DNA of 64,000 nucleotides from the NCBI GenBank assembly GCA_036172245.1, contig JAYWIR010000004.1:1-64000 (forward strand), given 5' to 3'. The notes below the pieces were generated by a model. The model searched no databases, was not told the DNA's origin, and saw only the letters and a list, made by a program, of their open reading frames with translations. The translations under genes and the position numbers were made by a program. This DNA comes from Raillietiella orientalis (Eukaryota). Shown here one piece after another: positions 1-12,861 of this stretch. Numbering within the stretch: position 1 is the first letter of the stretch; each line of letters starts with the position of its first letter.

Positions 1-1234
1 CCGGCAGCGTTCGGCAACATCGAGAACGCGTTCGACAACGACGCTGCACTCTTTAATAATCGCGCTACCCTGCTCTTTCTTCTTCTGTTGGTAGGCGATT
101 TTCTTTTCCATCCTCCTCTCCTTCTTTGATTTTTTGGCAGTTGCAACTTGCCACCCAGTCTCCTGGCCGGCTCCCTCAACTTTTACGGCGTTGGTCGTCG
201 GTGTCTCGGGTGCTTCATGGGTCTGGGGCGCAAGTGGCACAGCCTTCGCCGCAGCTTTCGCCGCCAGCCTTTTCCGCAGAAGCCGGGCGCGTTTTTTAAG
301 GTTTTTCTTGGAAACCACCCGCACTGCTGCTATTGGGCACACCTCCTTCGTGTGGCCCATTGTGCGGCATGCTAGGCACTGCACATTGGGACACCTCCTT
401 TAGAGGTGGCCCGAAGAATTGCAGAAGCCACAGTATTTCGGCTTCCCCACATGCCAGAGGTCGACGGTTTCGCCTTCGACCACCAGTTTGTGGGGAAGAG
501 TGCAGCCCTTCCGAACGTTCACGCGCGCAGCAGTGAGGCCGTGTTGCAGCCTTGTGTAGTTTTCGAAAGGTCTAACTTTCGTCCACTCCGCGTGGACCGT
601 TCCAAACTGTTCCAAAGCGGCGCGAACCTGTTGTTTGCGCATTCGCGCGGTCACGCCTAACAGGTGGACCACCATGATGCGGTCCGCCGTAGTGGGGAGG
701 AGCCTCCGCGTCCCCATCATAACGGGGGTTTTAAGCAGTCGTTGGGCCAGCTCTTCATGTTTGCAGGTGACCTCAACGTACTGACCCCCGCTGCGGATGG
801 TCATAGCGCTAAGCTCCTCCTCTTTCACATCGAGAGCGCGCATGCCCTTCGAGAAGGCGCGCGCGCTCTCTAAAGAATATAAATTGCCTACCTTGTAGAA
901 CAATGAGGGGTTGTACCCCTAATCCACATAGGCCGACAATTCCGCCGCGGCTGCAGGCGATGGCGCCGACACAACGGCGCTCCACGCCCGCGCTGCAGCG
1001 GGGACCGATTCTGTGGGGGCGGACGCCCCCACCTTCATCGCCTCTGGGGGCGACGTTGCCGTCGCCCCCTGGCTCTCCATCGCCTCTGGGGGCGGCGTTG
1101 CCGCTGCCCCCTTGCCATTCCTGGTGGTCGCGTCAGGCATCGCTGTTTGATCGACCACCGAACCACACGACGCTTGCACTGGGGCAGACTTCCTGGCACG
1201 AGCAGCACCGAGAAAACACGTCCACCCTGGAGCG
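1..1234 (-). mobile_element. L1/Tx1-like non-LTR retrotransposon, family A: 5' end and ORF1 (runs off the window; disrupted)
   Basis: ORF 400..903 ...LPHKLVVEGETVDLWHVGKPKYCGFCNSSGHL (zinc knuckle); closely similar to ORF1 copies at 12957-14575 and 16737-18257; 42-nt tandem duplication near 1036-1110. Confidence 0.85.
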
Positions 1235-3368
1235 CACAAGGCGTTCGACTGTGTTGACCAGGATATCCTCTTGGAGCTCCTGGGTCGCATGAGCTTCTTA
1301 CCCTCCTTGATTAACTACCTGCGCTCTTGCTGGCGGAACAGGATAATCTCGATTACTTTCAGTGGACAAAAGTTGTATGGCGTGCCGGTGCGGCGGGAAA
1401 TAAGGCAGGGCGACAGCTTCAGCCCCCTGCTTTTTGGCACCTACGCTGATTTGGTGCTGAGAGCGTACAGGGTGACTTTGACCCCCTTGCCGTGCTCGTG
1501 CCCCGGCACGCCAGCCGTAGCAGCGTATGCCGACGATCTTCTGCCCCTCTTACCTATGTCCACTCCGGCGAAGGCGGTCGGAGATTTCTTTGATTTGCTT
1601 AGCCGTGAAGCCGGATTACAGGTTAACAGGGCGAAGTCGTCAGTGCTGCAAGTTGGAGCGACGTAGGCAGGGAAGCAGTAATGGGTCCGTCTGGGTATCC
1701 CCACGGTGAGGTGCATCAAGTACCTCGGTGTGCCGTTGGGGGACTTCTCCCTTGCGGGAGCGTGGTCCAGCTGCCTCCAAAAAGTCGAGACGGTGATCGG
1801 CCCGTTTCTGGAAAGGCAGTTTCACTTGCCGGAACGCGCCGCGGTTTGGAACGCCTTCGCGGCCCCCATCATTCGCCCCTTGCTTTTTGTTGCCCCTCCC
1901 CCGTTGAATCCTAAAAGCAGAACAAGGACCTCCTCCGCAAATCTCTTTGGGGCAAGAAAAGGCCTTAACTCCCTTGGAAGGACTTGTGCGCTCCGCACAA
2001 GTCCTTCCAAGATTGTCGGCCTCCGGGACGGCGGTCTCAGCATCCTGACGCTGGAGCGCGTGGAAATCTAGCTGCGATGGCGGACCCTCGCCATCGCAGC
2101 AAAGATGTAGAACACCGCTTGGTGCATTCAACACCGCCTCCTGGCCAGGCGTGTGTCCCGCTGCGAAGAACTCGCAGCGTTTCTTCTGTGCCCTGTCCGG
2201 AAGATTCGAAGATGCGGTCTACTGCTCGGCCGCATGGCAACCCTGGCAAAGGAGAACGACTGGATGGTTTGTGGCCCTGCCAACTCCTCCGCTTGGCTTA
2301 AAGAGACTGCTGGCACCTGGGCCAAGCAGAACCAGAGGTGCGAAGACCGGATGAACTGCCTGCGAGTCTGCTCTTACGCCCGCCGAACTCTTCGTGAAAT
2401 TCTTGAATTTCCACCGTATTGCAAGTGGGTGGATGGCACACCCCTTGTTACGGCGATGCCCTTCCTCTAAAGGGCGCTTTACGAAAGCCGGAAGCCAAGG
2501 TGGCAAGTCTGCTGACGTATCGGAGGCAGAGTGAAGATGATGAGCGGCTGGACCATGGGAGAGTTGACAGATGCAACGACCCTAGTCTCCAGCCGCGTGG
2601 ATTAAGAATATGGGGCGAGCTGCTGGGCATACGATTGGATGAACTGAAGAGGCCCCCGGTTCTACTTAAATCCAGGATTCTTTCCCTGAAGTGGCAAGAA
2701 TCAACGTTTCTGTTGCTGCCTTGGGGTCTACCCTGCAACGCGCGCCGCTTCCACTGGACGCGGGGAAGAGTAAATCCTGCGTGTGCCAGGTGTGGGAGAA
2801 GGAGTCGTTCCCCCACCTCTTAGTTGAATGCCCTGCCGTCCAGATTCTTTGGGATCGTTTTAAAAGGGCCCTCCGGATACCGAATGGTGGCATTGTTGGA
2901 TGTGTCTTCAGTCTTGTCTTCGTGCGAGGCGCCCTCAATCCAACCGCAGCCCTGGCAGCACTTTGCTGCATTCGTGGTATTGTGGCGGCCTGGACTGATG
3001 CCGAAGATGAAGACTGCATCGTGAAAGACGTTATCGAGCATGACTTTGGCTTCCTGCAGAGAGCTACCCGATGGCCCCATCTAGGAAAACTGAAAATGGA
3101 ATTAGAAGGCATCCTGCAATGGATGGGCGCTCCCAGTAGTTTTCCGTGATCCTTTCCCGGACCTCCAAACTTTTTTTGTGGTTTGTTTTTCTCTTTAATT
3201 GTGTTTTTGTTTTCTCCCCCATACCCTTCCTCTGCCGAGGAGAGCCAAACCGGGCTGCGTCTCGGTGTCCCGGCAGTTCCGGTATTGCGTGGCCGTGAGT
3301 GGGGCTTTGTACCACGTTCTGTATTGACTGTTGAAATGTGTTTAATAAACGTCCCGGCGTATCCGGGT
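1235..3368 (+). mobile_element. Family B ORF2 3' half (RT to C-terminal Cys motif) plus 3' UTR; pseudogenised
   Basis: HKAFDCVDQ, IRQGDSFSPLLF, AYADD, KYLG, C..C..ESFPHLLVEC across frameshifted ORFs; ends in the terminal hairpin 3344-3368; resembles ORF2 at 23622-27221. Confidence 0.9.
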
Positions 3369-5970
3369 GGCATCGCCGAAACCTGGAGGAAGTTGATGGA
3401 GGGGACACTGGTCACAGAACTCTCGGACTGGGCGTTTTATTTTGCCCCATTCAGCGAGAGTCTGCAGTTCGCAAGTACGGAAGTATGCGCGCAGATGTTC
3501 GCGCGCTCCTGCGATTCACAACCAGTCTCCCGGCTGGCGCCACGCTTCGGAAGGTGGACGTCGGTCGCGCGGATGGATGTTGATCACTAGCCGAGCGTGA
3601 TCGGACAGATCCGACTCAATTGCACCTCGAGTTCCCACCCGCGTACACAAGTGGTTATGAAGGAACACGTGGTCGATTCTGCTTCTCAACACGGCTTCAT
3701 CGGCCAACAAGTTGCGTATGTGCATAGCCGCACACAACTCGTTGACCAATTGTGCTCTTATGTGGGGCGCTCCCGAGAGCAGTCGGACGTTGAAGTCTCC
3801 CGCTATCAGATGCGACCGCCGCACGCCTGCTTCGGCCAGCCAGTCTCGCCGCAGGGCTTCGAAGAACGCAGTGCGTTCTGCGTGCCTGTGGCTGGTGCAG
3901 GGCGCGTACACGTTCGTCACTACGAGGTCGATCGATTCGGATTACTCGAGGAGAAATTGTCCGACTCGACCTTCCTCGTCGAAGTGTGCACTGCGCACCG
4001 CATTGGCGACAGCCCGCTTCAGCAGGAAGGCCACTCCGCGGGAGTGGTCTCCTCCTCTACGATAAAGTAGCCTCCCCACTGTGAGCCTCTCGATTTTCTG
4101 GACGTCCTCTGCTCTGAGGGCATGCACCTCTTGGAGAAGTGCCAGATCGAAAGGTCGCAGGGTGTCGGCCACGCTACGCCTTCTGCTCCCGTTGCGCAGC
4201 TTGTTGACATTCCAACAGTCTATACTCAGTTGCCGGCAAGAGGCGATTCCACCCATCATGCAAATGATGGTGGTAGCGTGTGCATTGCCGCCTCCAGTTC
4301 GGGAGGCGGCTGGTCGTTGTCCATCTGCGGTGGTGGCGTTCCGGCCACGACCGGAACGTCTACAGACGGACTCAGGTCGATAGGAAGGACCGACCGGATT
4401 CTGTCGATGGAGGGATTCCGCGACCTCGCGGACATCGCCTCCTCGCTATCCGAGCGCATCTCCTCCACTTCAGCCTGAGGGGGAGCGACGCGCATAGGGT
4501 TGCGCGACTTCCGGCCCGCCTTCCTCTTCGGAAGGGCGACGGTGGGAGGGTTTCCGGCTTCTGCCTCGGACCCGGAAGTTTCCGGGCACTTAACTTCCGC
4601 CGGACGTCTGACGGCCTTCTTTGCAACCTTAGGCGGCTGCATTAAGGTGGCCGCGAGTTCCTCCGCCGCCTTCGCGAAGTTTTTCTCCTCGCTGCTGCTC
4701 GCGTGTTTATCGCAGGATTCCTGCGGCGGTTCCGCGGCGTTCGCGACGGTTGCGGGAGTCGTTTTCGCCGATCGACGCTCGATCGATTGAACGCGCTCGA
4801 TTGTAACGGTGCATTTCTTTAAAGACTCGCGCGGCGAAATTTTTGGTTTGCCGACCGCGGGTTTCTTGGGAACGCTCGCATTCTGATTTGTATTATTATT
4901 TTTTTTTGGAGTTTTTGTTTTTTTTTGCGTTTCGTTTGTTTTTTGTTCGACACGACTTTCCAGTTTTCCTCGTCGGCAGTTGGCTAAGAAGTCTCCTTTT
5001 GAGGCTCCTGCTCCTTGTGGACGACTTCTTCTTAGGTCGGCTGTTGGTCGCTCGTTTTTTTGTTTTCTGCCTTCTTCCCTCATTTGTCGAAGGGTCTGAA
5101 GGCGTCGTCGCGGCGTTTTTCGGGCACACAGCAATAGTGTGGCCCTTCGCGCCGCAGGTTGGGCATGTAGCATCCGGGCATCTCTTTTTAAGATGCCCGA
5201 ATGTGTTGCACAGCCCACAGTATTTTTCCTTCTCCACTTACCAGAGGTCGACGAGCTCGTCGTTGACCTCCAGCTTGTGGGGAAGTTCTTTGTTTTCGCG
5301 GAGAGTTACGCGTGCGGCCACTCGCCCACTGAATGCGCCTCGATAAGTAAAGGCGTTGGGCTTCGACCACATCGCGTATATCTCCGCGAACTTGTTGATT
5401 TCAGTGCGGATGGCTTCATCGGTCATCCGCATCGTTGTACCAGTGAGGTGGATCACCATAGAGTGTTTCACCGAGTGTGGGAAAAGATTTGCCCTTCGAA
5501 CGTAACGGGCGTGCATAGCAGTTTGTGTGTGAGCGCTGCATCTCTGCAGATCAGCTCCGCGAACTGCCCGCCGCTCCGAATCGAGAAGCAAAGAATCTCC
5601 TCGTCAGAAATTCCCATCCTACGTATGGCGTTTCTAAATCTCCGCATTGTAAGCGGAGAATATAAGTTTCCTACCTTGTAAAGGAGGGCAAGGTTGTAGC
5701 CCTCCTTTATGTAGGCCTGCACTTCGGCGGCCACGTCCGGCGGAGTCGCCGCGGCCACCTTGTTCCACGCCCTCGCCGGGGTGGCGGGGGCTTTTTTTGT
5801 GGTGGGGCATGATCCCACCTCTATAGGTTGGGTAGACGTTGGCCTCACGTCTCCCGTCGCAGCTACTGCGGCGTCTTCAGGCATTTCTGCCTTTCAACGG
5901 CCGCACTTCCAATCCACCCAACAACTAGTCTTGGCTTCGCTCACGGGAGCTGACCAAAAACGCGTGGGGC
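3369..5970 (-). mobile_element. Family E 5' half: ORF1 (5884-4256, frameshifted) and APE endonuclease (4259-3369)
   Basis: CGLCNTFGHLKKRC-CPTCGAKGHTIAVC knuckles; WNVNKL, LQEVH, NVYAP, GDFN, IDH, SDH endonuclease motifs. Confidence 0.9.
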
Positions 5971-8780
5971 ACCGATGCAGGTTTGCTGCATTTTGCGGGA
6001 TTCGTACTCCTCTCTTTACGCCAATAGACCACCAGAGCGACCTTTTGCGCAGCGTCTGCAGCCAGAAGGTGCTTTCGCGTTAATGGAGGACGAACGTCAC
6101 ACCTTCCAAGTGGAATTTACGATGGGGGAGATTGTTTCCGCCATCAAGAATCAAAAAAATAAGGAAGCATCAGAGAGAAACGGCCTGCTAGCTGAAGTTT
6201 ATTAACACTTTGCGGCAGAGTTGGCTCCCATGGTGCTCAATTTACGTTTGCTGATCCGTTAACGCGGCGATGCCCCCAACTCGTTCCAAGCAGCTATAGT
6301 ACGTCTCCTTTCTAAAGGAGGAGACTTGCGCAACGTTGGCAACTGGCGTCCTATCACTGTGGTCAATGTGGACGCGAAGATGCTTACCAAACTCTGGGTT
6401 TAGCGTTTGGGACGGGTAGCGGAATCCGTGGTCAGTCCGGAACAGACATACGCTGTTCCCGGACGAACCATGGAGGCCAACCTGTTCCTCTCCAGCACCT
6501 TTTGGCAGTTCGAACAGCGCAAGGCTAAGCTAGGTCTGGAGAGTCCTGGACTCTTCAATGACCGGGGGAAGGGAAGCCGAGGGAATGATGCGGCGCCCGA
6601 AGCCCTTGCGGTCGCAGTCGATTTGCGTAAAGCTTTCGAATGCGTCGACCAGGTGCTGCTCCTGGAGCTCCTGGAACGCTTGGGATTTCCGACCGTCTTC
6701 CTGGCGTACCTGCGCTCTTGCTGGCGCTTCGCGGTAATTACCATTAATTTCAGCGGCCGGCACGTGTACGGCGTGCCGGTTCGTCGCGACATCCAGCAGG
6801 GTGACAGCTGTGCCCTCTGCTCTTCAGCATCTACCTTGAGTTGGTGCTGAGAGCACACAGGGAGACTTTGGCAACCCTGCCGAGCTCATGTCTCGACACG
6901 CCTGCCATGTCAGGCTATGCCGACGATTTTCTGCATCTGCTTCCCGAATCCACCCCGGCATCGGCGCTTGAAGATTCCTTTGAGTTGCTGAACCGTGGGA
7001 CGGGCTTCGACGTAAACAGGGCATAGTCGTCAATTGTTTTTCCAAAATCGTCGCAAGCAGGACGGTCGGAATGGATCCTCTTGGGGATCCCCACGAACAG
7101 GTACATCAAGAACCTTGGCGTTCCGTTGGGGGACTTCTGCTCTGCAGAAGCCTTGTCCAAACGTTTACAAAAGGTGGAGCTGGCGATCGGCCCGTTCCGG
7201 GACGGCAAGTTTCACTTGCAGGAACGGGCCACTGTATGGAACGCTTTCGCGGCCCCCCTTCTTCGCTTTCTACTTTTTGTGTGCCCTACCCCGTGTCAAA
7301 TTAGGACACGGACTAGGGGCCTTATACGGAAAGCCCTCTGGGGTAACCGGAGGCCCCGCGTCCGGCTCAAAGACTTGTGCGCTCCACACAGGGACGGTGG
7401 ACTTGGTCTCCTGACGTTCAAGCGCATGAAGCGACAGCTCCACTTCAGGAAACTTGCCCTTGTGGCAAAGTTTTGCACAGCACCCTGGTGTGCACCCGCA
7501 AGACTCTTTGCTCACAGCGCAACCGGCTGCTTCGAATTGACTTTAATCCTGGTAGCCAATCAACACAGCCTGAAACATTGTGGTTATCAGTTGCGGGATT
7601 TGGTTGCCCTGATGAGAGACAACCCTTGGATCTCCTGCATCCCAGCGGACTGGACTACCATGCATCAGGAGTCCGTTTCCGCATGGGCGAAGATCAATGG
7701 CACCAGCGATGAGGACTTCTCCTGCCTCCCCAGAGGGAGGCACGCTGGTCAGCCACTCCAGGAGATCGTTTCCAACCCACGGAAACTTCTGTGGTCTTTC
7801 TTCACCCACCTTGCCCCAGTGCTGCTCTCCCTCAGGAAAGTTCGGGACAGCCGCCAGAACGCATCGTGGGAAGTGTCCTGCTTCATCGGAGGCAGAAAAA
7901 AATCACTGAAGGCGTGGACGCCGAAGGAGCTTGCGGACGCTACTACCTCGAGTGTCCCGTCGAACACAATTGTACGTTGGGGCGTGCTGCTCGGCATACC
8001 TCCGGAGCAGGTGAAGTGGCCTTCAGCGTCATGGGACAACGGCACCCTTCCCCTGCATTGGCAGGAGACGGCGTTGCTTCTGCTCCACTGGGGACTTTGA
8101 AGCAGAGCACGCCTGTCTCGCTGGACATCGGGGAATGTGGATGCTAGTTGTGCAGAGTGTGGGGAAAGGGAGACCTTCCCTCACTTGATTCTGGAGTTTG
8201 TTGCGCTCCGCGAAATGTGGGACAGACTCTCGTCGATCCTCGACATTCCGGAGGGTGACCCGAAAAACTTATTCCGATGCCTCCTGACGCGAGACGGCTT
8301 GCCAGCATCCGGGAGCGTAGCAGTGCTTTGCTGCATACGCGGTATCCTGAAGTAGTGGACCGCGTCTAGGAGAGGAAGGACCAGCCGGAATGCGATCCAT
8401 CGGGCAGCCATCTCCCTGGAGAAAGCGTGCCGTTGGCGCCCACTTCGAAAACATTTGCCGGCGCTTGTTCGCATCCCAAACCGGATGCAAAGGCCTGCTC
8501 ACGGCGCACCGTGCTCCCCTTCCTCCCACCCACTCCTTAAGAAACATTGCCTTCCATACGGTTTTCTATTTGTTGTTTTATTTCAATTTATCAGCCACTG
8601 CGCCAATGTGAAGGTCCTTTGCGGCCTACGGGTCGGTAAGGACAAGTACCACTGAACGTTTTTGAACTTCTAGACATCCTGAAGAGGAAATAAGATTTTT
8701 GGTGAAAAAATTCAGACTTTGTTATGGAATTTTTTGAAATCTCAAAAAATTTAATAATAAAAGCCTCTGGTTACCCGGGT
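5970..8780 (+). mobile_element. Family F ORF2 from the post-endonuclease linker to the 3' end; pseudogenised
   Basis: YSSLYA, SPEQTYAVPGR, DLRKAFECVDQ, GYADD, CAECGERETFPHL; degenerate terminal hairpin 8756-8780. Confidence 0.88.
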
Positions 8781-10660
8781 TAAATACCCCGTCGGGTTTC
8801 GTTGAGACTTCGCGTTGCTTTGCGGGGAGCATTGCCTGGCTGCCTACTTTCGATCGGCCGGCACACGCTTTTCAACGAGTTGTCCTCCTCTCGGTGATCG
8901 GAACGGCATCCATTTCAGAGTCCGACCGACGCATGTTCGATCGGATTTCGGCCTTCCTCCAAGTAGTGAAAGGTTTTGCTGGATTGACGGCTGTCCTGTT
9001 GTTATTTTCCGTCACCAGTGCATCGCCTTTGGTGACGGCTACTTTCCCTGCGCGCGCGTTTTCAGCGTGCTCATGCGCAGTTGCACCAGGGACCTTTGCT
9101 GAAGTCTTCTTTACTTAATTACGGTTCTTCACTTCACGTGGCGCCGTAAATGAAGATTGTCCTCCATTGCCATCTTTGAAGCCATCCGCGTCTTTGGACG
9201 GGAGCACTTCCGATGGCTCCGACACGCTCGTCATAGGCGCTGCCTTCGTAAGGGCTTTCAATCCCTTCGTTGGCATGGCATCAGCGCCAGTCGAGAGCTT
9301 GCCCTCCGACTGCGACGGCGTGAGAGGTTTCTCCGCTTGCGCAGTGTTGGACCGCGAAGCGGATTTTAGTTTTCAGACTTTCAAAGTCGACACGGCAAAA
9401 CCCTTCTTACCCGATTTGCGCTTCTCAGCCACTGCAGGAGGTGAAGGAATGGATCTGACGGTACTGGAAGTGTCGATACCGCCGTTGTCCATTGGCGACC
9501 CCGCAGGCTGCTCGAACTCCGAGAGAGCCGAGCGTGCTTGGGAAGGACCGCTATGTCGCCCAGGAGCCCTTACCATTGCCCCGAATTATCCGCAAACTTT
9601 TTTTTGCGGCTCCCCTGTCGCGAGGGGGTGCGCGCAGGGCTTCGCGTGCGAGGCTTCCTGCTGCTTTGGGGCGACATTCCGCCTCGCGTTTTTACGGAAT
9701 TTCTGCCGTGGGTTCTCCGGGTTTTGCAAGGATTTTTTCTTCCCTTCCGCGCTTTGTTTCTTAAGATGGAGCTTTGCGGCTGCCTTTTTTCGCAAAAGAT
9801 CCAAGCAATTTTTCAATTGGTGGACGAAAAGATTGCAATAACGGCATTTTCTGGAGGGGCATTTATCCAAACAAGGCCCCTCCTTCCCGCATTGCTCGCA
9901 CGTTCTTACTTTGCCCACGAACCACAGGTGAACGACCATGTCTTTCACTTGTAGTTTGGTGGGCAGCAGACGGCGGTCCGGCATTGTAAGCCGGACTCCA
10001 GCGACTCCGCTGTGTATGGACGGGAAGTTCTTGAGGTTGCTACGCACCCTCCACAGCGCATGGACCGTGGCGGATTTTGCCAACGCGTTCCGAATATCAA
10101 TGTCGGAGATTTCCGACTCAATGTCGAAAATCTCCGCCACGAATGAGTCGTCCATGGCAGCCGGGAAGACCTTCTGGCCACGGATCGACAACGGGGTGCG
10201 CAGCAAGCGTTGCACAAGTGCAGCGTCTTTGCAACGCACCTTGAAATAGCCCATGTCTTTTACGGGCATAATGGCGAGAAGGTCCTCCTCCCGCACGCCA
10301 ACACGGGTCAGTTCATCGTTGAACTGATTCCCGTCGCGCGCAGAAAGAAAACCACTCACCTTATATCGGAGAGCAGGTCTATAGCCTTGGGCTACGTATG
10401 CCCGCAACTCCGACTCGTCGAGAGGTTTCCCTTTGACGGCTGCTGTGGCAGCAACGTCAGCAAAACTCCTCTCCATTGGCGAGGCAGACGAAGAGGAGGC
10501 GGCCGTCGGTTCCGCGATTGCAGATCCGGACGCTATACCTCCAATTTTAGTAGCTTCGGATTAGGTTGACATTTTCGTCAAAATGCACGACACGAGGATG
10601 GAGCGATTAAAAGCCCGGAGACGAGAGCGAAGAGAAAAATGTTGTCACTCGGTTGAAGTT
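8781..10660 (-). mobile_element. Family D 5' end and ORF1, 3'-truncated
   Basis: ORF 9586..10476 with LPTKLQVKDMVVHLWFVGKVRTCEQC.. and CRYCNLFVHQLKNC, homologous to the other ORF1s. Confidence 0.8.
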
Positions 10661-10664
10661 TTTC

Positions 10665-12861
10665 ACCATGTCACGCCGGGGCGTTTATTAAAAATAAACC
10701 GGTCACAGACGATGCCTTCAACCAAAGAAACGACAAGGAGCAAAAAGAAGTTACCGGCACACAGGAATGGCTAACAAACCGCTTCCAACAACACTGATTG
10801 AGTAGAGGGATAACAAACAATAATCAAAATCTGGAGATAGGGGTAACGGGTCTTTGGTGAAGCTCCGTACTCACGGGGATTCAAATAGAGAGCACCTAAA
10901 ATGTTTCGCAGCCTAATAGGGCGGTAGTGTGAAGAAAAAAAAAAACATCTGAAGAGGGCGAGGGGAAAGGTTTACTGGGTGCTCTGTTGGGTAGCGTCTG
11001 TAAAACGTTGGCGTATACTAGCGAGATCTCTTTTCGTATCCTCGGTCAATTGAGGCCATCTGGCGGCTCCTACCATATAGAAAGATGCTTTGCCGATCAC
11101 CACTTGGTGCTGCTTGTTGATTATCAGCGCCTGGCGGACGGAAACTATCGCGCGTATGCAACCGATCATTGCAACACTTGCGATTGTAGACAGCCCGCTC
11201 GGCGTGAAGAATCGTCGCAGCAAGTCTCTTGCGGTGTCCACGGGATGCATTAGTGCTGTTGCCAGCCTGCGCCACGGTCCTTGTAGGACACCGCAGTCCA
11301 GAAGTAGTTGCGGAATCGACTCCGTCGATCCGGACCGAACGCAGTACGCAGACGCAAGTCCCCCGGAGTCACGATGCCAACGCTCCTTGCACTGAAAACT
11401 CCAGTGAACGAAAAGCATCACGGCTTGTTTCCAAGCAAGGGGGAGCAGCGATCTGTCAATACACTGTGGAGGGACTACAAGTTCTTCGGGGGTGACAGCA
11501 AGTTCTTCTGCTCACCGGAGGAGTCCCTTTGCAGTAACACGAGGAGTGGCGGCGTCCGCCAACTCATCCGCCTTCCAGGCGCCAAGGAGTTTGGTTTTTC
11601 CCGCTAACGTGCAAGAAACCTCCCACCTTGGCGGTTGGCAACTGTCGTTTCTTGCCCTGAGGGAAGACAGCGCTTCGGCAAGAGGCGCGGCAGCCAGGGT
11701 AGAAAACCTCACCTCCTACTGCAGTACTTCTTCCAAGGATCGTGGAAAAAATTGGCGCAAGGAACAAATATCTTCAAAGCGTATTCCCTGGTGCGCCGCC
11801 CAGGATTCAACAGACTCCTGCCGCCAAGCTTCAAAATTCATTGGGCGGCAGGACATCCACGAGTGAACTTCCAGAAGTGCGGTCAACTGCCGCAGTGGAA
11901 ACCCGAAACCCCGCTTTTTGTATTGGGTGCCCGGCAAAAGCGAGAGAAATCCTCCACTGCCGGCGCATCCCCGCAGGAGAATGCATGCTCGCACACACAG
12001 TGGGGATATCCATAGCTGAGCACACAGTGCCAGCAGTCGGAACTGCACCTGCAGTCCGATTAGCTCCATTGTCAGGATTCCCAAACCAGCATACCGACGC
12101 GGAGCTAAGAAATCTTTAAGGCGGATCCTGGATCTCGCCGGACCCCAGAAACCGTTCCTGAGCAGGCGTTTAGCCCGCTGTTTCGCCGCATAGGGGGGGT
12201 CCAAAACGAAATACAGGGGACTGAGGAGGGGGACCACAAAGCTGTTTTAAATAGTCGCCCGTTCTTGCAAGGTAAACTTGTCGTTAATAAACGGGCTGAT
12301 GGCCAACTCTGCTTTCCGAAGACAGTCCGTCCACGCTTCGGCTGAGACGAAAGCGCCCAACGGAACGCCAAGGTACTTAAAGTACCCGCCCGTTAGGATC
12401 CCCAGGCGGATCAAGTCGGACTGCTCCTCCCACGACGCACCCACACGAACGCCCGCGCTCTTCTGTCTGTTCACACTCACGCCCGCTCCCCGACGAATCA
12501 CTTCGAAGAAAACCTCGACACTGGACGCCGGGGTGGACATAAGGAGCAGAAGAAGCAGGTGATCAACGAAGGCGGTCACGGCAGGCGTTCCCGGGCAAGA
12601 GCTTGGCGAGTGAGACAGCGTCAGCCTGTATGCTCTAAGCAGCAACTCAAAGAAGATGCTGAACAGCAACGGGCTTAAGCTGTCGCCCTGTCCGATGCTC
12701 TTACGCACGGAAATACCATACACGCGGCAGTCGCTGAAAGTGATGCAGGTTAGCGCGTGGCGAAAGCACGCGCACAAATACACCAGGAGTTGCGCCGGGA
12801 ACCCAAGGCGTTCCATAATCTCCAAAAGCAGCTCCTGGTTTACGCAGTAGAACGCCTTGTG
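10665..12861 (-). mobile_element. Family C ORF2 3' half plus 3' UTR; pseudogenised
   Basis: HKAFYCVNQ, QGDSLSPLLF, KYLGVPLG, CVRSG..ESIPQLLLDC; terminal hairpin 10665-10689. Confidence 0.88.
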
